Shown: positions 48,701 through 61,187 of the stretch, in pieces
How the letters are laid out: the number at the start of each line of letters is the position of its first letter
Position numbering within the stretch: position 1 is the first letter of the stretch
NCBI GenBank assembly: GCA_014905635.1
Contig: CM026548.1
Span: forward strand, 806,001 to 870,000
Origin: Scenedesmus sp. PABB004
Lineage: Eukaryota
Length of the DNA stretch: 64,000 nt
Direction: 5' to 3'
Notes under the pieces: model-generated
Told to the model about the DNA's origin: nothing
Database searches by the model: none
Seen by the model: the letters and a program-made list of their open reading frames with translations, nothing else
Program-made: the position numbers and the translations under genes

Positions 48701-50327
48701 CGCACGGCGGCGCCCTCCGCGCCGCCGGCGCCGGCGCCGGCGGCGCCGTTGTTGCTCTTGCCGCCGCCGCGCGCGCCGCCCTGCTGCGCACCGGCGGCGC
48801 CGGCGCCGGGCGCGGCGCCGCTGCGCAGCGCGAACACCGTCACGACCGGCGCCCCGGGCGGCAGCGCTACGCCGGGCGTGCCCGCTGCAGCGAGGAGCTC
48901 GGCGTAGGGCAGCGCGGCAAACTGGCCCACCGCGATGCTGAGATGGCAGGGCGAGACCGGCGTCGCGACGCTGTACTCAAACGTGCGCGCCACGACGCGC
49001 CCGCCGCCCGGCTGGCCGCCGCCTGCGCCGCCCGCGACGGCCGCCGTCTGCTGCACCAGCGCCCCGCTGCAGACGGCCGTGAAGCTGGGCGGCACGGTGA
49101 GCGAGAGGTCCCACGTGCAGGGCAGCACGTGCGGCGCGCCGGGCGCGTAGACATGCAGCGGCGAGTCAACGCAGGGGAACCAGCCCCGCGCGCGCCGGAC
49201 CGCGGCGTTGGCGACGAGGCAGCCCCGCGACACCAGCAGCGACGTGTCCGCGGACGCGCTGCCGCCGGCGGGCTTGGAGAACGTGACCACGATCGTCAGC
49301 GGCACGCGGCCCGCCGGCTCCGCCGCCGCGCCGCCGCCGCCGCCCGGCGCCTGCTTGCCGGGCGGCGGTGGCGTGGCCGGCGCGGCGCCGCCGCCGGGCG
49401 CCGGCTGCTGCGCCGCGGGCGCCGGCGTGGCGGTGGTCTCGTCCCCTCCGGCGCTGGCCGCCGCGGCCGCGTCCGTGGCGCCGGCCGGCGCCGGCGGCGG
49501 CGTGGGAGTGCGCGCCGCCGCTGCAGCTGCCGGCGCGGCCGCCGGCGGCGGCGTGCCCGCGCCGTCTGCGCCCGACTTAGCGGGCGTGGCCGCCGCCACC
49601 GCGCCGCCGGCGCCGCCGCTGCCCGCAGCGCGCGGCGTGCCCGCGGCGCCGTCCGCGGCGCCGTCCGCGGCGCCGTCCGCGGCGCCGTCCGCGGCGCCGT
49701 CCTCGCCGCCGGGCGCCGCCGGCTGCGGCGGCCCGCGCGGCTGCGGGAGCGTGATGACCAGCTCCGGCTCCTGCTCGCGCCGCACGAGCCGCAAGTACGT
49801 GTCATACGCCGCCTCGCCCGCGGCGCCGGCGCCCGCGCCGCCCCGCCGCAGCGCGTCAACCGTCGCGTCGGGCAGCGGCTCCGGGGGGTAGGAGTACAGG
49901 GAGAACTGCCGCGGCGCGGCACGGCAGCGCGCGGCAGCGCGCGGCGGCGGCGTCGGGCGCCGGCGATGACGCCGCGGCCACAGCAGCTGCGCGCCGCGTG
50001 GCGCGCCGCCGCACCTGCGCGGGCTCGCCGTTCACGGTGACGGCGTGCACGCACAGGTTGAAGCAGTGCAGCCCCACGCTCGTCGCCCCCGGCGCCGGCA
50101 GCACCTTGAGCTCCGTGCGGCTGCGGCGTACGGGCACGGGCAGGGGCGGTGAGCCGGCGGCGGCGGCGGAGGGCGCCGCTGCTGCCGCTGCACCGCGCCC
50201 GCCGGCCCGCGCCCTGGGCCCGATCCGTCGCCTGCGCAGCACCGCACCCGCCCCATGTTCTCCGGCGTGGGTTGACCTGCAGCCACACGCTCTGGTGCAG
50301 CGGCGTGGGCAGGAGGCTCGACGCCAT
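42757..50327 (-). CDS. TAF2: Transcription initiation factor TFIID subunit 2 (inactive M1-aminopeptidase fold), multi-exon
   Basis: LHQSVWLQVN, GLHCFNLCVHAVTVNG, EPELVITLP, ARGWFPCVDSP...CTWDLSLTV...AVCSGAL, LARQYVG...EDGWLLRGLSGWL...LLGSNEMAY, KA.AVMQMLERRIG, VST.KF...FFDRWVHGTGMP, LWVQVDHPMEWLA..QP..WW..QLEHSKDVVAQAQAV, F.RVR.DAALAL, LLDMLAANDNSSNPIEDGHWL. Confidence 0.9.
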
Positions 50328-50635
50328 CTCGCCGCCGCCACTGTCGCCGCCGCCGCGCCTGGAGGCGCCTGGTCAGGAGCCCGAGCTACATGCTCGCGGG
50401 CGTCAGCGCTGCTCTGGCCGTGGCGGGCGCCGCGCGGCGGCGCCGCCGCTCCGCCGGGCGCTGCGCCGCGCTCGCCGCGATCGCTGGCGCACGCAGCCGA
50501 GCGTCGCCGCTTGCTGGCCCGGTTGCCTGCCCGCCCGCAGGAGGACGGGCGGCTCCTGCCGTCGCTGCCACCGCCGGCGCGAGCGAGCCCCAAACCGCAA
50601 GCCGTCGCGACGAGCGGCGTGCCACGCCAGTGCGG

Positions 50636-50640
50636 TTACA
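50636..50640 (-). terminator. Chlorophyte poly(A) signal TGTAA
   Basis: ttaca on + strand ~75 nt downstream of the stop at 50714. Confidence 0.65.
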
Positions 50641-50713
50641 TGTTCTTACTCACTCGCGCGATGAAACAACCAAAGCCCGCCGCTACACGCGACCCGCGCT
50701 CTTCGGCGCCGCG

Positions 50714-51433
50714 CTACGCCGCGGCGCCAAACAGCCGGAGCAGGCGGCGGCGCGCGCCCTTGGAGTCGTCCTCCTCCTCCGGCAGCTCCGCCGTGACCGG
50801 CAGGTAGCTGGGCCCCAGGCCTCCCTGCGTCTCCCGCTGCTCCGTGCGCTGGACGTTGGCCACCGAGCTCAGCGCGTCGGCCGCGCTCGACGTCGCGTCG
50901 CTGGCGGAGTTGCCGCGCGCCGCCTTCTGCAGCGCGTCGTGCGTCGCGATCTGCGCTTTCTGCGGCGCAGCGGCACGGCGCGGCGTGCCGGGCTCAGCGC
51001 GGGCCGTGCTCAGCAGCACGCGGCGCCGCCGGCGGGCGCCCCTCACCTGCACGTTGGCGTCGACCCACCAGCTGCGCGTCCACGCGGCGCCTGCGCGCGA
51101 AGCAGCGGCGAACGCGGGCGGCGCAGCTCAGCGTGGGAGTCCCGCTCTGGCGCAGCTGGACCTGCGGCCAGAGGAGCCTCTGGGCCGCCTGCAGGCGCGC
51201 TGCCGCGCGCCGTGCGCCGGCGTGGCGGCGGCGGCGGGGCCGCGCCAGGCTGGCCCGAACGCGCGCCGCTGCCGGGGCCGCCACGGCGCGGCAGCTGCCG
51301 CCGCGGCGTCCCGAGTTGCATGGGCGCCTGCCAGTCCGCCGCGCAGGTGCGCGCGCTCACTCGGCGTGGCGGCCGCGAGCAGGAGCGCGAACGCAAGGAC
51401 GAAGCCAGCCCGGCGCGCCGTCTGGCTCGCCAT
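50714..51433 (-). CDS. Small secreted protein of unknown function, multi-exon
   Basis: Signal peptide MASQTARRAGFVLAFALLLAAATP; exons ...GAAWTRSWWVDANVQ|KAQIATHDALQKAARGNSAS...EEEDDSKGARRRLLRLFGAAA*; internal exon boundaries uncertain. Confidence 0.6.
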
Positions 51434-51656
51434 GCCGGCTGTTGCTGCTCAGAGATATCAAACAGTTAATGCGGCTGTCGGGGAGCGGTCCTGACGCTCT
51501 CTGACCAGGCGCGTGTTGGCGGGCTGGCCCGGACGATGAGCTGTCGCGCAGCGCTCGCTCGAGATGGCTCGGCGCCGCGACACGGAGTTCAGGGCGGGCG
51601 GCACGCCTCCCCACCAGCTGACCACCCCGCTGGCAAAGCCCTGACCCCGCGGCACG

Positions 51657-53257
51657 TCACGCCGCCTTGGGCGGCCGCGCCGCCTTCTCCTCGACGCCGC
51701 TCGTCCCGAAGCGCTTGCGCAGCACCCGCAGCACGTCCTCCAGCGGCACGCCCTGCGTGCGCCGGCGACGGCGGCCGGCGTCGGCCGCCCGCGCCGCTCC
51801 GGCGCGGTCGGCTCAGCGCCGCTTCTCCCCCCCCCCCCCCCCACGCAGCGCGGCGCGGCGGCGCACCTGGATGTTGAGCAGGACCATGGCGTGGTAGATG
51901 AGGTCCGCCGCCTCGCTCGCGGCGCGCTCGCGGCCCTCGCCCGCCTCCCACGTCTGGCACAGCTCGCCCGCCTCCTCGCGCACCTTCTTGCAGCAGAGCT
52001 CCGGGTTGGCCAGCAGGCGCGCCGTCCACGACGGCTTGCTGCCCTCTGCGCGACAGGGGTGGGGCGGGGCGGGGCGCGCGTGAGCGCGAGCGCGCGCCGC
52101 CGCCGCCGGCCCGCCGCCGCCCGCCGCCGCCCCCGCCAGGGCGCGCCTGCGCGGCGCCTCCACCGCACCCGGCTGCGGCGCGTCCATCGCGGCGCGGCGC
52201 TGCGCGATGGTCGCTTCGAGCGCCATGAGCGTGGTCAGCGGCGCGTGCGCGTCGGGGGCGTCATGCCCGCCGCCGACCACGACCTGGCCCTCGGCCATGC
52301 CCGCCTCATGGAACCAGCACGTCCTGCGGGCCGCCGCGGCGCAGGGTGAGCGCGCGGCGCGTGCGCAACGGGCCGTGCGCCGGGCCCGCCGGCGGGCGGG
52401 CCGCCGGGCGGCTGGCGCGCGCGTGGGCGCGCCGCACCGCGCGCCCGTGTGGCAGGTCGGGCCAATTGGATCGCCGAGGTACACTACAGAGTCGCGGTCG
52501 CAGTCGTGGAACACGCGCGACACCTGGCACCGGCGCCGGCGCAGCGCGGTGTGTGGGCGACCGGCCGCGGCGCAGCGGCCGCCGCTGCGCTGCCGCCGCC
52601 GCTGCGCCGCCGCCGAGCCGCCGCGCCGCCGCACCTGGATGAAGTTGCCGCTCGTCTCGCCCTTGCACCAGCGCTCGCCGCGGCTGCGGCTGTAAAACGT
52701 GGCCAGCCTGCGCGGCCGCGCGGGCGCGGCGGGGGCTCGCGCCGCTGCGACGGCCGGGCCGGCCCGCGCCGCCCCGGGCCGCCCCGGCCCGCGCCCGCAG
52801 CGCCACGCGCCCTGCGACGCACCCGGTCTGCAGCGTCTCGCACAGCGCTGCGCGGTCGGCGTAGGCCTGCATCAACAGCTCGCCGGTGTCCACGTGCTGC
52901 GCCGGCGAGCGGTGCCGCGCGTCGGCGGCGGCGCGGCGCCCGGGCGCGGCCCGCCGCGCCGCGGGCGCCGTCGCACGCAATGCGCAGGCCCACCTGCACG
53001 ATCACGGGCACCAGGCCGTCGCCGCTCCACTTGAGCTTGTCGAGGTAGGCTGCCATGCCGGGCACCGCGGCCTCCGGCTGCCACTGCGCCGCGCCCGCGG
53101 GCACCGCCTGCGCGGATGCCACCAGCAGCTGCGCCGCCGCCCGCCTGGACACCGGGCGCCGGGCGACGGCGGCGTGCCGCGGCGGCGCAGCCGGCGCCGC
53201 CCGGCGTCGCCGACCGCCGACCGCCGCCTGGCTGGCGCGGTGCGCTGGCACCGCCAT
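51657..53257 (-). CDS. HISN2: Bifunctional phosphoribosyl-AMP cyclohydrolase / phosphoribosyl-ATP pyrophosphatase (HisIE), plastid-targeted
   Basis: LDKLKWSGDGLVPVIVQHVDTGELLMQAYAD, TFYSRSR..RWCKGETSGN, DCDRDS...PIGPTCHTGARTCWF, SWTARLL...KKVREEAGEL, SEAADLIYHAMVLL...LEDVLRVLRKRFGTSG. Confidence 0.96.
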
Positions 53258-53517
53258 TGCTCGCAGCGCGATGGGACTGATGTGATTGCAAGCCCAGGGC
53301 TGCGGCGCTCACTGGCGGCGCCTCGCGGCGCAGCGGCGGCCGCCCCGCCAGGTCACAGCGGCTCTGTTCCAACCCCGCCGCAAGAAGCTGCTTCATGTGA
53401 CGCCTGGGCCTCCACAGAGTTGGGGGTCGCTGTGCGCGCGGCTGCGCGTCCACGCACCGACAGCGGGAGCGCGCCCAACAGCACGGCAGCAGCCGGCGGC
53501 CCGCGCGCGCAGGCAGC

Positions 53518-55353
53518 ATGGCGGCCCTCCTGGGTGGAGCTGCGACCAATCCCTGCGCGCCACACGCGCGCGGGCGGCCGGGGCGGCCCGCGCCGGCCTC
53601 GGCGCCCGCCACCGCCCGCCCTGGCCGCCCGCTGGGCGCACGGCCCGCCCCAGCGCGCACCGCTGCCGCCGTGGCCGCCGCGCAGCAGGGCGCTGGCGGC
53701 GCGGCAGCATCAGCGGCGCCCCGCCGCGCCGCCGGCGCGGCGTCAGCAGCGGCGGGCGGCCCGCGGCGCCGCCGCCGCGCGTGCCCGCCGCCGGCGGCGC
53801 TGCCGGTGCGCCTGGAGGACGCCGGCACGGCCGCGCTGACGGACTGGGCGCGGCGCGTGGGCATCGAGTTCCCCAAGCTCCGGCCGGCGATGTTTGACGG
53901 CGTGCGCGGCATGGAGGCGGCGTCGGACATCGCGCCAGACGAGATCATCGTCAGCGTCCCCCGCGCCCAGGTGACCGCGCCGCGCGGCCCCACCACCTGG
54001 CGCCGCCGCAGCCGCCGACGCCACACCCCCTCGCGCCCCCGCCGCGCGCCGCCGCGGCAGGCGCTCACGCTGCCGCCGAAGCAGCGCTGCCCGTGCCCCG
54101 AGTACGTGGCGCCCGCCTACTGGGACGCGAGCCCCTGGTTCGTCAAGCTCGGCGTGCGCCTGCTCGCGGAGCAGCGCAAGGGCCCCGGCAGCGCGTACGC
54201 GCCGTGGCTCGCGCAGCTGCCGCGCGGCGCCGACACGCCCGTGCACTGGAGCCCGCAGCTGCTGCAGCAGCTCTGCTACCCGCCGCTCGCGCACAAGGTC
54301 ACCGAGCAGCAGGCCGAGTGGGGCCGCCTGTACGAAAAGTTCCTGGCCGAGGGCGTCGCCGACCGCGCCGCGGCGCCGAGCAAGCAGGCGCGCGGCGCAC
54401 CCGCCGCGCTCGCGGCGGCCGCCTGCGGGGCGGGGCGCCCAAGCCCGCTCATGCCCGCGCCGCCGCCGCGCGTTTCCGCAGGAGTTTTTCCGGGCGCTGT
54501 CGCTCGTGCGGTCGCGGACGTTTTCGGGGCCCTACGTCGCGTCGACGCTGCCGGAGCGGCTGCGCCTCGCCGCGCTCGTCGCCGCGCTCGTCGCCGCCAA
54601 CACGTGCGCCGCGCCGCGCCGCCGCCGCTGCTAGCTTCCTCCCCACGCGCCCTCGCCCGCGCCCACGCGCCGCACTCACCGCCGCCCCTCCCCTCCCCTC
54701 CCCTCCCCTCGCTCGCCCCTCGCCCAGCCTCGCCGGCGGCGACCTGTCCAAGGGCCTCGGCGCCGCGGCGGCTGTGTTTCTGTTCAACGTGACCTACGAG
54801 CTCCTGCTGAGCGCCAAGCTCCGCCAGTACGCGCTCTGCCCCGTGATCGACCTGCTCAACCACAGCAGCACCAACACGGTGCGTGGGGTGTGTGCTGTGT
54901 GCGCCGCGCCGCGCCGCGCGCCGCGCCGCGCGGCCCGCGCCCGCCCGCGCTCTCCCTCTCGCACGCTCCCTCCCGCACGCGCTCCCACCTCACGACGCCC
55001 GCACACCCCCTGCCGCCCGGCCTCCCTGCCTCCCTGCCTCCCTGCCTCCCTGCCTCCCTGCCACAGACGGAGGTGAGCTACGACTACCCCCGGGACGCCT
55101 TCCTCGTCGCCGCGGGCGCGGGCGGCGCGGCGTCGGGGGGCCAGGTGTTCATCAGCTACGGCGCCCAGACCAACGACTCGCTCATGCAGGCGCGGCGCGG
55201 CGCGGGGCGTGAGGAGGGCGGCGGGGCGGGCGGCGAGGCTGCGCGCGCGCGCGCGCGCGCGGGGCACAGCGGGGCGGGCCTTGCTCGCGCGGCGGGGGGC
55301 GCGGGACGGCGCCCGCGGGCGCGCGCCGCGCCTCCCCGCGCGCCGCGCTGACG

Positions 55354-55384
<31 letters not shown>

Positions 55385-56036
55385 GCCGCTGTGCCGCCGC
55401 TCACAGTTTTACGGCTTTGCCGAGCCCGACAACCCCGCGGACGTGTACGTTATGACGAGCCTGCTCAAGTGGCTGGAGCAGCTCCAGCCGCTCTGCCAGG
55501 CGCGGCTCGACCGGCTCAACCGCGACGGCCTGCTGTCGGCGCTGCAGGAGGTGCCCGTGACGCGCGCCGGCTTTGGCGCGCCCACGCTGCGCGCGCTGCG
55601 CTACCTGCTCATCCCCTCCGCGCCCGGCGGCGACGCGCCGGCGGGGCCGCCGTCGTCGTACGACGCGCCCGCCGACGCCGCGACGGAGCAGCGCCTCGGG
55701 CTCGCGCTCGTCCACGCGTGCCAGCAGGAGCTGGCGGCGCTCGGCGGCGGCGGCGGCGGCGGCGGCGGCGCGGCGGCCGCGGGCAGCAGGCGCAAGGGCG
55801 GCGCGAGCGAGGGCAGCAGCGGCGGCGGCGGCAGCGGCGTGGACGTCGCCGCCGCGACCGCTGCCGCAGCAGCGTTCAGGGGCGAGAAGCGCAAGGTGTT
55901 GCTCGCCTGCCTGGAGCAGCTCACCGGCGGCACCGGCGGCACCGGCGCAGCCCTCGCCGGCGGCGCGGCCGCTGCCGCCACGTCGCCGGGCGGGGCGGGC
56001 GCGGCGCCGCCAGCGCCTGCGGGCGCCGCGCGCTGA
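53518..56036 (+). CDS. Rubisco LSMT-type SET-domain protein lysine methyltransferase, probably plastid-targeted, 6 exons
   Basis: GVRGMEAASDI.PDEIIVSVP, KLGVRLLAEQRKGPGSAYAPWLAQLP, TPVHWS, ALSLVRSRTF, LCPVIDLLNHS, QVFISYG.QTND.L.QFYGF..PDNP.D. Confidence 0.9.
55018..55062 (+). repeat. (CCTGCCTC)n intronic minisatellite before a splice acceptor
   Basis: cctccctg repeated about 5 times. Confidence 0.8.
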
Positions 56037-56678
56037 ACAGCGCGGCGGCTGCGACCGGGTGGGGGCCAGCAGGCAGCACAGGGCAGGGGGGGGGCAGCCG
56101 GCCGCATTGGTGGCTGCGGGTGGGGCAGGTGCGTGTGTGTGCGAGAGGCAAGCAGCACGGGCCTGCGCTGTGTGCGACACGGGTTGCGGTCGGGCGCATG
56201 CATGCGGCGGCGATTTTGAGCCCGTCCCAGCCGCCGGAATAAACAAGCCCGCGGCCGTGAGGCGGCGGCCGCGCGGCGGCGCTAGATTGATTCCCTGGGC
56301 CAGCACGCACTGCCCCCGCGCGCGTTGAGGCTGGTCGGAAGCACTGCACGGCATGCTTGCCGCGCACATCGCTACTGCTGCTGGCGTTTGATGACCATTT
56401 GGCGGCGGCGGGCTTGCAAACCTGTCCAGTTGGAGCTGCCCCTCAGCAGTCACAGCGCCGTGTTACTCTAGCGGTCTCTCGCGCAACCAGCGGCGGGCAA
56501 CATGAGCCAAGTAACCCAGTTAGTTGCGGCCCAGCGAGCCCCCCCCCTTCCCTTCCCGCCCCCGCACAGCGGCCCGTGGCCGCGCCGCCGCCGCCCTGGC
56601 GCCAGTCGGGCGGGCGCCCGCCCGGCTGCGCGCCACGCGACGCGGCGGCCATGCCAGCGTGACAGGTTGGTGGGCAGG

Positions 56679-57685
56679 TCAGAGGTAGCCGAGGTCCTTC
56701 TTGTACGCAATCTCCTCCTGCCACGTCAGCCGGTCGGCCGACCAGTCGGCGCTCGACGTGCGCTCGCCGAGCTTCCGCACCTTGTGCCGGTGCTTCTGCT
56801 GCGCCGCGGCGTCGACCGGCACGTCTGCGGCGGCGGCGGACGGGTGTGTGTGTCGCGGCCGGCGGCGGCGCGGCGGCGGCGCGCCGGCACGGCGCGGCGC
56901 GGCGCTCTCAGCGACGGCCCGCGCGCCCCGCCCCGCCCCGCCCCGCGGCGCCGGCGCCGGCGCCGCGCACAGACCTGTGAACATGTCAGCGAGGTCGCAC
57001 GTCGTCTGGCGCGCGCCAAAGATGGTGTCCGGGTCGGTCGCGCGCTGCGCCTTGAGCGCGTCGACCAGCGCCGCGCTACGCGCCCAGTCTGGGATGGGCT
57101 TGTGGCTGCGGTCGGGCGTCTCGGTGTCGTCGTCCCTGCGGGCAGGCGCGGCGCGGCGCGGCGCGCTCAGCGCGCGGCGAGGCGGCGGTGGCGGCTGCGC
57201 CTGGCGCCTGGCGCCGCGCTGCGCACCTGAAGGGCGAGATCACGTAGCTGCTCGGCGGGCCGCCGCCGAAGGGCGTGCGCTTGGAGCCGGGGTTGACGTA
57301 TGGCGAGCTCTTGAGCGCCTCCACGTTGCGCTTCTCCTGCAAGGCGCCGGGCAGGGCGCGGCGCGGCGCGGCGCGGCGCGGCGCTCGGCCGCCGCCCGGC
57401 GGGCCGCGCGCGGCGGCGCACGCGCCCCCGGCGGCGCGACGCGGCGCGGCGCCGCGCGCACCTGCTCCGACACGGGCGGCGCGGGCGTCTTGAACGCGGC
57501 CGGCGTCTTGGCGCCGACCGGCGGCGGCGGGCCCATGTGCCCGTGCGCGACGCCCTTGCCGCCGGTGGAGACGGGGTCCAGCAGCTTGATGGTCAGCGAG
57601 GGGCTGTCGGCGCCGCCGCCGTCGCCGCCGCCGGCGGCGTGGTCGGTGCGCGGCGCGGCCTTGGGCGCAGCGGGCGTCTCGAAGC

Positions 57686-57721
<36 letters not shown>

Positions 57722-60700
57722 GGCCGGCAGGGGCTTGGCCTTGGCGTCGGGCGCCGCCGGGCCCGCGGGCGGCGCGCGCGCGCCGGCGGGCGGCGCCTTG
57801 ACGGGGGGCTTGCCCGCCTTGAGCGCGGCGGCCGCCGCCACGCGCTCCTCCTTGAGACGCTGCTTCTCCGCGAGCTCCGCCCTGGCGCCCCGGCCGCGCG
57901 CGCGGCGCGCACGCGGGCTCAGCGCGGGCTCGGTGCGCCCGCCGCGGCCGCCGGCGCGGCGCGCGCCGCCGCGCCGCGCTCACCGCCGCTTTGCCTCGTC
58001 CTCCTTGCGCTTCGCCTCGGCGCGGCGCATGCGCTCCTCGCGCTCCGCCTTGTCCATCGCGCTGCGGCGGCGGCGGCGCGGCACGGCGGGCGACAGTCAG
58101 CGAGCGCCGCGCGGCAGCGCCCCCCACGGCCTGACCTCCTGCCAGCTCCAGCGGCGCACCGCGTGGCCGCCTCCGCCTCCTTCTCGGCGCGCTTCTGGGC
58201 AGCCTCCTTGTCGGCTGGCTTCGCCGGCGCGGGCTCGGCCTCCTCCGCCGGCTCGACCGCCACGCGCTGCGCGCCGCCCGAGCCGCTCAGGCCCGCGGCG
58301 GCGCGCTCGACCGCGGCGACCCGGGACTGCGCCACCGCGCCAGACGGCGTGCCTGGCGGGCCGGCGGCGCGGCGCAGCGCGGCTGCGTGAGCGGCCGCGG
58401 GCGCCACGCGCCGCGCGCGCGCCGCGCGCCGGGCCCGCCACGCCGCCCCGCGCGCGCCGGCGCGTCGCACCCGCGGGCTTGGCCGCCGCCGGCGCCGCCT
58501 CTGCCGCGCCGCGCGCCTTGGCCTGCTGCTCCTTGTGCTCGCGCGCGCGCGCGAGCCGCTCCGCCGCCTTGGCCTCCTCGGCCTGCCGCGCCACGATCGC
58601 CGCCTCGAGCGCCTTGACCTGCGCGGCGCGACGAGGCGGGCGGCGCAGCGACGGCTGAGAGGGCACCCGGGCGGGCCAGGGCGCGTCCCCGTGCGCGCGG
58701 CTGGCCAGCCGCCCCCGGCTGCAGCTGCGGCGCGGCGGACCTTGGGCTTGACCTTGCCCGCGGCGATGGGCGCCGCCTCGTCCTTCTTGGCCACGGCCGG
58801 CACAAAGGAGCGGATGCCAGAGACCAGGTTGGGCCGCGCCGGCGCCCTGTCCTGCTGCTTCGCGCGGTCGCCGGCAGCCAGCGCGGTGGCCGCGAGCCAG
58901 GCCGACACCTTGTTGCCGGGCGTGGCGCCGCCGCCGGGCGCGGCGGCGCCGGGCGCGGCCGCGCCGCCGGCGCCCTTGGCGGGCGTGGCGGCGGGCTCGC
59001 CGCCGTGCGCCGCGGGCGCCTCGGCGCCGGCCGCCTGCTGCTCTGCCTGCTCGGCAGCGTCCGCCTCCCGCATCTGCTCGTCCGCTGCCGCCCAGGCGGC
59101 CTCCTCGCAGGCGGCCTGCTCCGGCTCTGCGTCGGCCGGCTGCGCGGGCTGCTCGCCAGCAGCCTCGTCCGCCTCCCGCACCGGCTGCAGGCTGGGGCTG
59201 CGCGGCCGCTGCACCGAGCCGCGCGTCACGCGCCTGCCCGCCTCGGCGGCCGTGCCAGCGACTGCTGGCGCCGCGACGCCGACCGGCGACGCCGCCGCGC
59301 CGGGGCTCCCGTCGCCGGGCGGGCCGGCGCGGCTGGGCCGACTCGACCGCCGCTGCCGCCCGCCGCCGCCGCTCGCGCCTCCGCCCGACTGCGAGCGCAG
59401 CCGCAGGCGCCCGTGGGCGGGCGTGGGCGCGTCACTGGGGTGCATGGTGCTGACAAACGCTCTCCAGTCCAGCGAGCCGCCCGGCCCGTCGGCCAGCGCC
59501 GCCCCCGGGCCGTCGCCGGCGGCCGCGCCGTCGCCGCCGGCCGGGCCGCCCGGCTCGGCCGCGGCGTCGGCAAAGAGCGGCCCCTGCAGCGGCTGGCCGA
59601 ACGACAGCGACGCTCCGGCGGCGCCCGACGGCCGCGCGCCGCGTGCGCCGCTCGTGCCGCGCACGACGCGCGCCAGCGAGAGCTCCCCGTCGCCGCCGCC
59701 CGTCCGCGCGCCGGCGGCGGGGGTCGCGGCCGGCGTCTCTGCCGCAGCGCCCCCGCCCGCTGCGTGCTGCTGCTGGGAGCGCGTGCTCGCGCGCGAGGCG
59801 CGGCCCACGAAGCAGGGCGTGGCGGACGGCGGCGCCTGCTCGCCTGGCGCCGGCAGGCTGAAGCGCGGCGTCTTGGGGTTGTGCAGCGCCGCCGCCGCGG
59901 AGGCCAGCGCCGCGTCCGCGGCCGGGCTGACGGCGCCCGCCGCGCCGCTGCCGGTGGCGGGGCTGCTCGGCGCCGCAGGCTCCGCGGGCAGCTCCTCGCC
60001 CGCCTCGTCTGCCGGCTCGCTGCCTAGCAGCTGCTCCGACACGACCTCGGCGCCCGCCTCGGCCATCTCTTCGTCGTCGCCGCCAGCCGCGCCCGGCTGC
60101 TCCGCCGCGCCCGACGACGCGGCGCCGGCCGGCGGCGCGCCCGGCGACGAGGCGCCATCCAGCTGCTGCTGCACGTCGCCGCTCTGCTGCGCCGCGGCGG
60201 GGCTGGAGCGCAGCAGCTGCGGCGCCGCCTGCTCCGCCGCGGCGCCCGGCGCGGCCGCGTCCTGCTCTGGCGCCGCCGCCTGCTCGCCTTCCTCTGCCTG
60301 CTCGCCCTCCTCCTCCTCGATCGCCTCCAGGGCAGCCGCGGCCGCGGCCGCGCCGCGCCGGCTGCGCGTGCTGCGGCCGCCAGCTGCGGCGCCGGCGGCG
60401 CCCCTGCCCCGGCCTCGGCCGCGACCCCGGCCGCGGCCGCGGCCACTGGGCGCCGCAGCGGCCTGCGGCTCGGGCTCGGGCTCGGGCGCCGCCGCCGCCT
60501 CCTCCACGACCTCTGCCTCTGCTGCGGCGGCGGCGGCGGCTGCCGCGCGCGTGCTGCGGCCACCGCGCGCGCGGCCGCGCCCCCTGCCGCGGCCGCGCGC
60601 CGGCGCCGGCGCGGACGTCGCGTCCGCGTCCGCGTCCTCGTCCGCGTCCGCGTCCTCGCCGCGCCCCGGCTCTGGCGCCGCCGGCTCCTCCGCCACGGGC

Positions 60701-61187
60701 GCCAGCACGGTGACCGACACGCCGTCGTCATCGTCGTCCGCCTCCGCCGCCGCCGCCTCGTCGTCCTCAGCAATGGGCGGCGGCTGGTTCTTGCGCGGCC
60801 GGCCGCGCCCGCGCTTGGCCGGCTGCGCCGGCGCGGCGGGCGCGGGCTGCTTGCGCTTGCCCGCGCCGCTCGCGGGCCGCTCGTCCGCCGCGTGCTGCTC
60901 CTGCGGTTGGGGCGGCGGCGGCGGCGTTGGCGCGCGCGCCCGGCGGCCTGCCGGGGCGCCAGGCGGGCGGCCCGGCCGCCACGGGGACCGCCGCCCCTGG
61001 CACGCGCCCGGCGCCGCACCTGCTGCGCGGCGGCGGGCGCGCCGCCCAGCGCCGCCGCGATGTCGCGCGCCGCGGCGTCGATGAGCCGCCGCAGGTGGGA
61101 CTTGTGGCCGGCTATGGCCTCGTAGAGGGCGCCCAAGCTGCGGGCGTGCAGCTCCGCGAGCTGCGCGGCCACGTCGTCAGGCGACAT
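56679..61187 (-). CDS. INCENP: Inner centromere protein INCENP-like (chromosomal passenger complex), multi-exon
   Basis: C-terminal IN-box: SYVISPFRDDDTETPDRSHKPIPDWARSAALVDALKAQRATDPDTIFG....CDLADMF...RTSSADWSADRLTWQEEIAYKKDLGY; charged SAH-like segment EEAKAAERLARAREHKEQQ; NLVSGIRSFVP motif; N-terminal helix. Confidence 0.88.

Noticed and set aside
49640..49700. Short tandem repeats (gcgccgtccgcg)n, and others at 8010, 21661 and 34743, as CRISPR-like arrays
   Set aside because: No unique spacers and no cas genes; they are in-frame coding repeats (DGAA, AAAP, QAGGS, EQPL) in a eukaryote.
47000..50327. M1 aminopeptidase call
   Set aside because: No HEXXH zinc motif (LARQYVG instead) and the downstream motifs match TAF2.
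12883..57730. Frameshifts in otherwise intact genes (~12885, 18622-18639 in a (GC)n run, 29072-29075, 40289-40293, 42946-42949, ~57700) as programmed frameshifting or pseudogenes
   Set aside because: They fall in homopolymer or microsatellite runs and hit essential genes (TAF2, INCENP), so assembly indel errors are the simplest explanation; no slippery heptamer plus structure was seen.
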